DNA from: Octopus sinensis
Taxonomy: Eukaryota
DNA: 38,061 nt
NCBI RefSeq assembly: GCF_006345805.1
Contig: NW_021835798.1
Coordinates: forward strand, 1-38,061
Direction: 5' to 3'
In this document: in pieces, positions 25,257 through 35,830 of the stretch
How the letters are laid out: each line of letters begins with the position of its first letter
Position numbering within the stretch: the stretch's first letter is position 1
Position numbers and translations under genes: made by a program
The notes under the pieces: generated by a model
The model's input: only the letters and a program-made list of their open reading frames with translations
What the model was told of the DNA's origin: nothing
The model's database searches: none

Positions 25257-25646
25257 TCTTTATATATAAAAGTGAAGTTGTGTGTCTGTCTCCTATGATT
25301 TAGATTCCTAACTACTCCCACATTTTGCGGTGCAGCTTAACCAAAAGCGTGTATCTTATAGTCGTGATTCATATCCAGCCAATCTGGGTATTAGCGAGAG
25401 TCTACGATTTAAAAAAATTTACCATATTTCTTTCCCATTTTTAATGCATTTTTTTTTGCTATTATATAAGGGAAGTAACTCTCTAAAAATGTATTATTAA
25501 ATCTCAGAAAGTAAAAAGCTACAGTAACACCCACCCCCTTTGTGGTTTGCCATATTGAGATGGCTATTATACTACTTTACATCTCTAAAAATGCTTATAT
25601 AGTTATTTCCCTTACAAACCCGAGCAACGCCGGGCGATACTGCTAG
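25257..25646 (+). mobile_element. Non-autonomous Helitron, 390 bp
   Basis: 5' TC terminus (TCTTTATATATAAA), subterminal hairpin CCCG-AGCAACGC-CGGG, 3' CTAG, inserted between A and T with no TSD. Confidence 0.82.
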
Positions 25647-25683
25647 TATATATATGAATGAGTAACAGAAAGGTACAGGTGTC

Positions 25684-25773
25684 AATCCATTACGGCCGTT
25701 TCCAACGACTTCTTTAATTGATTATATGAAAACATTACATCCTCGTAAAGAATCCATTTTCATCAGAGGAATT
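25684..25773 (-). ncRNA. Type I hammerhead ribozyme-like motif (Penelope-type)
   Basis: AAUUCCU-CUGAUGA-[long stem II, UUCUUUA/UAAAGAA]-GAAAC-GGCC-GUA-AUGGAUU. Core boxes intact. One stem I mismatch and an A.G pair at the base of stem II. Confidence 0.55.
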
Positions 25774-25911
25774 CATGAACTTCAAAATGAAGGACATTCA
25801 AAATGATTTAACATAGTTTCAAATCTACGGAGCAAAACCTTTTCAGTGATTCTACTACTGTTTCAGTTGGCAGAATAGATTTACTAGAATAGCGTAATTA
25901 TTATTACATAT

Positions 25912-26330
25912 AGGCGCAGGAGTGGCTGTGTGGTGAGTAGCTTGCTTACCAACCACATGGTTCTGGGTTCAGTCCCACTACCTGGCACCTTGGGCAAGTG
26001 TCTTCTACTATAGCTTCGGGCCGACCAAAGCCTTGTGAGTGGATTTGGTAGACGGAAACTGAAAGAAGCCCCTTCGTTTATATGTATATGTATATATATA
26101 TATATGTGTGTGTGTGTGTCTATGTTTGTCACCCCCACCCCCAACATCGCTTGACACCGATGCTGGTGTGCTTACGTCCCCGTAACTTAGCGGTTCGGCA
26201 AAAAGAGACCGATAGAATAAGTACTAGGCTTACAAAGAATAAGTCCTGGGGTCGATTTGGTCGACTGAAGGCGGTGCTCCAGCATGGCCGTAGTCAAATG
26301 TCTGAAACAAGTAAAAGAGTAAAAAGAGTA
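25912..26330 (+). mobile_element. SINE family A, full length
   Basis: AGGCGCAGGAGTGGCTGTGTGG..GGTTCAGTCCC..CACCTTGGGCAAGTG..GAAACAAGTAAAAGAGTAAAAAGAGTA. Confidence 0.92.
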
Positions 26331-27799
26331 TATATATATATATACACACACACCACTTTGCATATGCTTTGTGTGTTTCTTTCCTCATCACTGCTTTACA
26401 ACCGGTGTTGTTTCGCTTATGTCCTCCTTAACTTCATGGTTTAGCAGAAGAATACGACAGAATAAGTACCAAACTTAAAAAGTGAGTGCAGGAGTAGATT
26501 TGTTCGACGAAACTCTTCGAGGCGATATCCCAACTTGAACACATATAACAAGAAGCTTTAAATTCTGTCCTGGACCCACGTATTTCATTCAGTCTACATA
26601 GACACATTATACCTTTTTGGAATCAGGATGATCCTGAGGTTGAAATTCCACCCTTCATTTGGTTCTTGAACATCCGGGATCTGATTTAAAAGCATTTGAG
26701 TTGCTATTGCCAGCAGGTGAAACTTGGCTGACTCGCGCCATCTTGGTTAGAGATCAAGGGGGAGATAAATGACGTTCGCTTCATTAACTTTAGGTCGGGA
26801 TAAGAACCTTGGGATAAATTGGTCAACAGTTGGAATTGATCTTGGGACTGGAACAATAGAATGCTTGCATTACAAAATTAATTCTCATCCGCCTTTAACC
26901 TCTGATCAAATGCCACCGGGGTATATAATCATTTTAGACGTATTATAGTCATGCTATTTTGCTCCTTTTAGTGTTGGGTAGCAGGCCCAATTAGCCCTCC
27001 ACAGGAGCTACTTTAAAAGTTTGCACAGAGTGCCGCTTTTAAACTAGTAGTCTAATTAATAACTGAAATAACTAAAAGATAAAATATGATATACATACAC
27101 ACTCATACACATGCACAAAACAGAAGCACTACTCAATTGGAAAATAATTAGAAATGTATGGTAAACTCACAAGCGTGTGCTTTCAGTAAACATACTTTTT
27201 GGTTTTGAATCGATGTTAATTAGAGGCAACAATGTAAAAAAGACCATGGTATTTGCTTATGCTTTTAGAAACGTGTCTTAAACGTCTGCTTACTAAGCAC
27301 ACTCGCTAATATGTTTCCTTTACATTTCTATTTATAAACGTACATATATATATAAACTTTAAAGATCAGTGACAGAGAAACAGGTGTCTGGTTTTTTATA
27401 CATCTTTTATTATTCTGTTGCTTTTTTTTCTTTAGATTGTTGTGGTTGTTGTTTTATTTTTAACATAAATTTATTACATAGAGATTCTTCAACTCAGACT
27501 TCACCTCATTTCTTCCCTACCTACCTCCATCTGCTCTGGTTCTTACTCTTTGAGTTTTGTCTGTTTTTATTTGTGGGTTGTTGTTTGTTTTAATGTCTTT
27601 ATTTATTTCTGTATATTTTCTTTCCTTTTTATTCTTTTATATATCTCTGTAAACTCATTGTCCGTTGCATTTGCAATGAAAATTACAATCATTATCATCA
27701 TCATCATCATCATACTCATCACCAACTTAACCATCATCCTCTCTTTCACTTTTATATTTTATTATTATTACTATTATCATCACCATTTTATTCGTTAAT

Positions 27800-27832
<33 letters not shown>

Positions 27833-28274
27833 GTCATCGCCGTCTTTGAAGTTTTTCATCGCTTTCTCTTTCTCCTTCTCCTCTTCCTCCTTCTCCTCAC
27901 AATCGTCATCATCATCATCACAACTGTCTTGTTCTTATTAATAATAATTAACATTATTAACATTTATCATTTCGTCCACGTTGTACAGGTTCTAGTATAT
28001 TTTACTTTGCATTTTTTAGAAATTAATTTTTTCGTTTTATTATTTCATTAGTTAAATAATTATTTTTCAACGTCTTTTCATTAAAATTTGTTTTTGAAAC
28101 AAAAAAAAAGTTTTTTGCTTCTGTATTTTTAATTATATTTTAATTTTTTAGTTTTCATTGATACTGCTGGTGTTAAGTGCAAGTGAATATTGACACGTTT
28201 GCATATGTATGTATGGTATGTATGTATGGTATGTATGTATGTATGTATGTATGTATGTATACATATATATACAT

Positions 28275-28309
<35 letters not shown>

Positions 28310-28441
28310 AATATATCTATATATGTACACACATACACACAAATATACACTTATATAGGTATTATATGTATGTGTTACTGTGCTTGTGTAATAGGTATGT
28401 ATATTTATGTGAGTTTGTCATGCATATATATACTATGTATG

Positions 28442-28479
<38 letters not shown>

Positions 28480-28530
28480 GTATCTACGTATGTATGCATA
28501 AGGACAATTTTACAAATAATAATAATAATG

Positions 28531-28568
<38 letters not shown>

Positions 28569-28658
28569 TCACAAAAACAAACAAACAATACAACACAAAA
28601 AAACCCCACACTGTCTGTTTTGTCTGTATATGAGTGTGTATGCGTGCGCGCGTCTCTT

Positions 28659-30621
28659 TCACAGATGCGTTAGTTTAGGTATGTAGGAATAGGTATCATG
28701 ATGAAGTTCGTGAGCGCTGGGTATACCGCACGCCCCCAACTGGGACGTGTGAGTCAGCTGATAGTGTATACCGCCGCTAGCGTCCTCCAGTAGCGAACCA
28801 GTAATGTAAGGGGAATTGGATCCGGTCACATGATGCAACAGGTGTGAGTTCATGTAAGCGTGGGGCGAACCCACATTTGGAGGCTGAGGAGATGATGATG
28901 ACGATGTTTGATGATGGTGATGATGGTGTGGATGAGGTTGCTGTTGTTGGTGATGTTGTTGTTGTTGTTGTTGATGGTGTTGTTGATGCTGATGTGGCTG
29001 GTGGTGATGTTGTTGTTGTTGTTGTTGATGGTGTTGTTGATGCTGATGTTGCTGGTGGTGATGTTGTTGTTGTTGTTGCTGATGATGGTGTTGCTGCTGT
29101 TGCATATGGTGGTGTTGTTGCTGTTGTTGTTGTTGTTGATGCTGTTGATGATGATGATGCTGTTGTTGTCGTTGTTGTTGTTGCTGCTGCTGTTGGTGAG
29201 GATGGTGAGGCACGTACGTTGTGAGCGGCGGCGGTGGCGGCGGCGGGTGCGACGGATGGTGCGGGGGAGGTGGCTGCTGCTGCTGCTGGGCGTGGTGTTG
29301 CGGAGGCATCGCCGACCCCGCGGCAGTCGCCGCGTGGTGAGCGACCGCGGCGGCCGGGTGATGTTGCGTGATCGAATGATGAGAAGAGGGCGGGGGAGGT
29401 GGCGGTGGCGGCGGCACCAACGCTGCCGCTGCTGCTTGGTGGTGCTGTTGGTGGGCCCCGGGTTCGGTTACCGGCGGCGACATTGAGCACGCCGCCGGAC
29501 CTAAAAGTTGTAGACTTCCTCCTAGACAGTTCCCGTTGGTCAAAGCCACGCCCCCACCCCCGTTGCTATTATTGTTGCTGTTGTTGTTGTTATTGGCATT
29601 ACTGTTACTACCATTGGTATGATTGTTGTTGTTGTTGTTGATGTTATTACTATCATTGTTATCAACATCCTTGACGTCATCACTACTTCCATCATCACCA
29701 CCACCTCCACCACCATCGCCACCAGGTGTGATATGGCCGTTGTTGTTATTGTTGTTGTTGTTGTTGTTATTGTTTGTGTGTGTGGAGAGGAGGAGAGTGT
29801 CTTTGATGTGTTGCGACGGGGTCGACGTCGTAGACGACAACGACGACGAAGACGTGGTAGACGATGCGGACGATGACGAAGAGGAGGCGGATGCGGACGA
29901 CGAGGTGGACGATGAAGACGACGAGGACGAAGAGGAGGAGGATGAGGAGGACGAGGAAGAGATGGTGGTGGTTATGGTGGTGATGGTCGGCGTCATAGAA
30001 CAGTACAGGCCGGGCGTGCCGCTTCGTCCACCCACCACCACCACCACCACCCGCCGCCGCCGCCGCCAACACCGCCGCCTCCTCCGTTCATTCCTGGAGG
30101 CGGCGGTCCGAGATTTCCTAGATTGTGCGTCGCAGCACCTGTCGTCGTCGTCGTCATCATCATAAGCCCTCCTCTCGGCGACGGCGTCGCGGATTGAGGA
30201 CGGTACGGCGATATCGCCGAGCCGCCCATGACCACATCATCTGGCGCGACGGTAGCGCCAGCACCGTTCATTTTACCAAGTCGTTCTAGACTTTTCATGG
30301 AACTCTGACTATCCGAATCCGAGTTCATGTTGGTGAGACAGTCGGAAGATTTGGCACTACCGCTGCCGCTGCCGTTGCTGCTGTTGCTGCTGTTGTTGCC
30401 AGACTTGTCCATATTCACCTTCATCTTTTTTTCTTTCTTGAACTTCATCCGACGATTTTGAAACCAGATTTTAATCTGACGTTCGGAGAGGTTCAGAAGA
30501 GCTGCCATCTCAATTCTTCGAGGCCTACAAAGGTACTGGTTGAAATGAAACTCTTTCTCCAATTCGACAAGTTGGGCGCTCGTATATGCAGTTCGGGCAC
30601 GTTTCGCTGGCTGTTCACATT
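28659..30621 (-). CDS. Hox3: Hox3 last coding exon (homeodomain plus long low-complexity C-terminus), with a one-base frameshift near 30051
   Basis: Polypyrimidine acceptor TTTCTTTTCCCTTTTCCTTCTATTCAACAG ends at 30622. Then [63 protein letters not shown], with paralogue-group-3 diagnostics [13 protein letters not shown] and LCRPRR. The downstream frame 28659-30050 ends in PKLTHL*, the conserved Hox3 C-terminus. Confidence 0.93.
30428..30607 (-). other. Hox3: Homeobox (60 codons) of Hox3
   Basis: AKRARTAY...[13 protein letters not shown] read manually; Q50 and N51 are intact. Confidence 0.96.
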
Positions 30622-30725
30622 CTGTTGAATAGAAGGAAAAGGGAAAAGAAATAATTAGGATCCAAAAATAAAATTACAATTTTAATTTTCATGATTACAT
30701 TACGATGAAATAATTGAAACAATGA

Positions 30726-30773
<48 letters not shown>

Positions 30774-30784
30774 AAAGTAAAAAA

Positions 30785-30905
30785 ATATATACAAACTGGG
30801 ACAAGAACGTGAAACACCTAGAAGACGACACAAGAAACACAGGACGGGACATTCGAAGCCCTCAATCATCAGTCAAGAACCGGATCATCTTCGCAATTTC
30901 GGCTG
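30785..30905. repeat. Dispersed repeat with a second copy at ~24848-24960
   Basis: Shared ATACAAA.TGGGACAAGAACG..GAAGCC.T.AATC.TCAGTCAAGAACCGGATCATC.TCGCAATTTC.GCT. Confidence 0.75.
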
Positions 30906-31206
30906 ATTAATCTTGAGATTGCTCCGATCTGGGCAGCCCCCAAGGGAAATCTAAGCCAAGCGCATTAGATCCCTTGGAAGAAAGCCTCGAATGTATACAA
31001 AACAAGGAGGGAAAAACGGACGATGTACACGAATAAAAATACAAAAATACGTGAAAACAATAAAGAAAGCACGAATAAGAATACAAATACGTAAAAACAA
31101 TAATGGTAAGGATAAAAACAAAACCAGGACGTCAGGACAAGGGTCTTTCGACAGGACGAGTTGAGTTTGGGGCTGGCTAGTGGAAGAGTGCCTTATATAT
31201 ATATAC

Positions 31207-31404
31207 ATAGGGAGAGTTTACGAAAAAGGAAAAAAAGACGAAGACAAGTGGTGTACGAAACAAACAGATGTATTAGTATAACGCTCAGGAATAGAAAAAG
31301 TCTTTTACGTTTCGAGCCTACGCTCTTCTACAGAAAGGGACACAGAAAAAACAAAGAGAGAAACAAGGAGAGAAAAAATGTGTGTAGTGGCTAACGATCT
31401 ATCG
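31207..31404 (-). mobile_element. Dispersed repeat with minimal hammerhead-like motif, probable Penelope-like terminus
   Basis: Minus strand CUUU-CUGUAGAA-GAGC-GUAG-GCUC-GAAAC-GUA-AAAG at ~31303-31337. Homologous to 12767-12945. Confidence 0.6.
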
Positions 31405-31690
31405 TATGTATGTATGTATGTATGTATATCATCATCATTATTGTTCGACCGTGGTCGAGACTTTCATAGTCTTTTCAAATGGCTAATAATGTGTGCGTGC
31501 GCCACTACTACACACATTGGAAAGCATTGTACAACCAAGTACTAAAGAAGATCTTTCCTCCTCCATGAAACAAAGCTGTTCCCGCTGGACGTCAACCCAG
31601 TATTTCTAAGCTACGGACCGAGTGATTTATTGTAAGATTATCTCCCTAGATAGATTGCCTTCACTACGGCTAAGGAGCCCTTTCTACCCC

Positions 31691-31728
<38 letters not shown>

Positions 31729-31977
31729 GTATATATATAAATTATTATAATTAGGGCTTAGCAAAATTGCTTCACTACATACCGAAATTTAGAAATAGTA
31801 GTTAACTACTATTCTAATACCATAAGATGTCTTCCAGACAGCTGTCTGGAATTATAATTATGTTTATAGTTATGATAGTTTTTGTATAAGTTTACCAATA
31901 ATGGTTCTTTTAACATACAGAACTACTTGGTAAGATTATCAATTATAAATTGATTAATCAATTTTACCCTTTATTAT

Positions 31978-32008
<31 letters not shown>

Positions 32009-32720
32009 GAATGTACGTATGTATACACACACATATGGAGACAGTAAGTCTATAATACAAACAAGATCAAATACAAAAAACAACCAAAGTTCAAGGGACG
32101 TTCAAATTTATTATTATATCGTTGATGTTCAAAGCTATAAACAAAAAGTTATAGAGTGAAAGCATAACGTTTCGGACATAGTCCTTCGTCGGAAACAAGG
32201 AGAAATTCAAGGAAAGGCGGTAAGACGATAGGAAAAGCGAAAAGAGACCCAGGAGAAAAAAAACGCACATGGATAACGTTCACATGATCGACCCATGAGT
32301 AACCGGAAGTGTGAGAAGTAATATACACATACATTCTCTCTCTCTCTCTTTTTAATTATTATTATCCTTACATGATTTACATACATAAACATACCTACAT
32401 ACATACATACATACATACATACATACATACACACATACATACATACATACAAAAATGCACACGCATATACATGCGTAGAAACACGACTGACTGCTACTAT
32501 AATAAATGCGAAAACTAATTTCTGTGTTTCAGTGTGTCACACTTTGACCTCCCTCCCTCACTATTCAATGACACTTCTACTATCGCTCATGCTGGGGTGA
32601 GAGTAACAGTAAGCATAGAGGCGGTAGTGGTGGTGGCGAAGACAGAGGCAAAGAAATTTAGGGAGAGTTGATGTTTTATTAAAAGTAGTAGTGTTGATGG
32701 TGGCAGTGGGAGTAATAATA

Positions 32721-32772
<52 letters not shown>

Positions 32773-33652
32773 GGTATGTGAGAGAAAGAGGGACTGAACA
32801 CTGAATCAACATACTGAACGAACACACTGAACACTGATGGTAATGGGGTGATATTAATAGTATGAGCTGTATTGTCATAGAGGCAGAGGCGGCGGTGATG
32901 ATGGTGGTGGTAGCCGAGGCAGTCCGGGATGATGGTGAGAGTAAGCGATGTGAAAGACAGTGGTGGTGGTGGTGGTCGAGGGAAAGGCGACGAAGTCAAA
33001 AGTATTGATGGTGGTGGCCTCAGAAGTGTGAATGCTGTGTGTATGGCAGATGAAGTGGCGATGGTGGTGATACTGTTATCATGCAGCTTTACAATACTTC
33101 TCGGTTGACAAATTATATCATTGTTTTGATGAAAATTGTTCATTGCTTGAAAAATATTGTTCAAGTTTAATAAACTTTAATATTAACTCAATGCATGACG
33201 CGTCATTGTTGGGCCGAAGATCTAATGAAGAGCCCTCAACCGGAGCTATCTTAAACGCCGCCCCTATCTGGCGGCTTTTAAGATAGTTTAACATAATTCT
33301 CGAGTAAAAATCAGCGTGACACAGCGTGTAACAAGGCTGTATATGTGAATTACTGGTACAATCCAGCTGACGGGCTTCTATTAGAGATTGTCTGTCTACC
33401 CAATTTCAACTGACAAAGAATGGGTCTATCCAAGGCTATATAAAAATAGCATCTGCTCAAGATGTTATGCAGTGGGATCGAAACCGGCACCTGGTGATAG
33501 TGGAGGGAATTTTTGAACCAATCGACTATACGGTACCTAAAATGCACACACATGAATGCTCCGCCCAACTCATATATAGCAATCAAGAAAAGGCTGCATT
33601 TTATGTACATATAAAATATATATGCATGCATGTATATATATATATATATATC

Positions 33653-33687
<35 letters not shown>

Positions 33688-33919
33688 TTATATGCACACA
33701 CGTATATGTGTATAATCACTATAAATCTTTAAGTGGGTTCAATTGAACAGAACACTAGCGATAGTATCGAATCGAATTTATAAAACATGCTTAACCTCTC
33801 CACCTACACACCACCATAATACACACATACACGCACACACAAACATAAGCATTCATATATATATATATATACATGCACAAGCCACCATAATCACCGCCAC
33901 CGCTGCTGCGCGCCCTCCT

Positions 33920-34135
33920 CCCATGATAACCAGGTCGTTATCATCATCAATGACCCGCCGGGCGCTGTTCTGACTGTTATAGGCTATCGTTGCCTCGACA
34001 GTGTTATCAGATCAATAAACTATGTCCGTTATCTGCAGTTATCTCCCTGCAAATCAGTCGTTATTGATTGGCGGGTAATATAAATTCTTATTAACGGCGC
34101 GATAACATCTTACTGTCATCTCATTTGATAGAGAC
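33920..34135. promoter_or_regulatory. Candidate intronic enhancer (GATA-site cluster)
   Basis: Non-repetitive island with six WGATAR sites, TGACAG (minus, 34113-34118) and TGATTGG (34065-34071). Motif evidence only. Confidence 0.35.
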
Positions 34136-34580
34136 AAAAGAAAGGCGCATGTGTTGTGCATCCACCCATCCGTCCATCCACCCATCTATACAGATCAATC
34201 ACACACACACTCACTCATACATGTTTATGTATGTACAAACACATTGATGCATGCATATATACACGCGTCTCTATGTTAATGTACTACTACTACTACTACT
34301 ACTACTACTACGACTACTACTTCTACTACTGCTGCTAATACTTCTACTACTGCTACTACTACTACTGCTACTGCTGCTACTACTTCTACTACTACTACGA
34401 CTACTACTTCTACTACTACTACTGCTGCTAATACTTCTACAACTACTACTACTACTAATAATAATAATAATACCACTACTACTACTAATAATAATATGCG
34501 CACGCGCTTATATGTATATGCATACACATATACACACGTTCATACATGCATAGCTATATTAATATATATTTGTTTAAAAA

Positions 34581-34805
34581 AGGCGGCGAGCTGGCAGAAA
34601 CGTTAGCACGCCAAGCGAAATACATAGCCGTATTTCGTCTGCCGCCACGTTCTGGGTTCAAATTCCGCCGATGTCGACTTTGCCTGTCATCATTTCAGGG
34701 TCGATTTAAATAAGTACAAGTTACGCACTGGGGTCCATATAATCGACATACTACGCTTGTCTGTCCTTGTTGGTCCCTTCTGTGTTTAGTGGGTAGTAAA
34801 GAAAT
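34581..34805 (+). mobile_element. tRNA-derived SINE, family D
   Basis: GGCGGCGAGCTGGCAGAAACGTTAG..GGTTCAAATTCC, followed by GTCGACTTTGCCTGTCATCATTTCAGGGTCGAT..TAAGTAC, which resembles a Meta/MESC-type central domain (from recollection). Confidence 0.8.
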
Positions 34806-34859
<54 letters not shown>

Positions 34860-35310
34860 ATTAAACTAATAGCCTAGCATATTGAAAAAAAATTTGAAGA
34901 TTCAGAAAAATTATATTATATACATACAAGAGGGATGACCACTAATTAGACATCCAATATGCTAGATGCAGACCGCATATGATCTGACCACTAAGAAAAG
35001 ATTGTGTCTCAAGAAAATTCAGCAAACGCATCTTATATATATATATAATACAAATAAGAAAATGGAGAAACAAATTTAGTTGGTTCATCAACTTTCGGAT
35101 ATTAGAATGTTGGATTATTTATTCATTTAACAAAATGAGAACCTTAATAGCATACATATATATCTTATAATTCAATACATATAAGATAAGAATACAAATT
35201 ATAAAAATCATAATATAAATTATTGAAATCATTAAAATCACTTTTTACAGCTATCCCATAGTGGGTTACACCCATAACCCCTATCTTACTCTGCATATAT
35301 ATGTATATAG

Positions 35311-35691
35311 TGGAGGAGCAATGGCCCAGTGGTTAGGGCAGCGGACTCGCGGTCATAGGATCGCGATTTCGATTCCCAGACCGGGCGTTGTGAGTGTTTA
35401 TTGAGCGAAAACACCTAAAAGCTCCACGAGGCTCCGGCAGGGGATGGTGGTGATCCCTGCTGTACTCTTTCACCCACAATCTTCTCTCACTCTTACTTCC
35501 TGTTTCTGTTGTACCTGTATTTCAAAGGGCCGGCCTGTCACTCTCTGTGTCACGCTGAATATCCCCGAGAACTACGTTAAGGGTACACGTGCCTGTGGAG
35601 TGCTCAGCCAGTTACACGTTAATTTCACGAGCAGGTTCCATTGATTCGGATCAACCGGACCCTCATCGTCGTAACCGACGGAGTGCTTCCA
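35311..35691 (+). mobile_element. tRNA(Arg)-like SINE, family B, alternative 3' tail
   Basis: A box TGGCCCAGTGG, anticodon-like loop CTCGC, B-box-like TTCGATTCCC. Body shared with 900-1205. Confidence 0.85.
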
Positions 35692-35830
35692 TATATATAT
35701 ATATATATATATATACATACATACACACACCTCACAAAACATCGTTCTATGTTTACTCTAACTTGTAAAGGTTTATATTTTATATTAATCGACATTTTCA
35801 TGTTTCAGATTCTATACGTAACTCTTTAAT

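Noticed and set aside
30030-30060. Canonical programmed -1 ribosomal frameshift site or a tiny intron explaining the Hox3 break
   Set aside because: No X XXY YYZ slippery heptamer, and the nearest GT..AG spans are too short and lack a pyrimidine tract.
28777-30165. Alternative-frame and antisense ORFs overlapping the Hox3 exon
   Set aside because: Expected shadows of GC-rich triplet-repeat coding sequence; only one frame carries the conserved PKLTHL end.
35311-35385. Functional tRNA-Arg gene
   Set aside because: The tRNA-like head runs into a multi-copy SINE body, and the acceptor stem and B box are imperfect.
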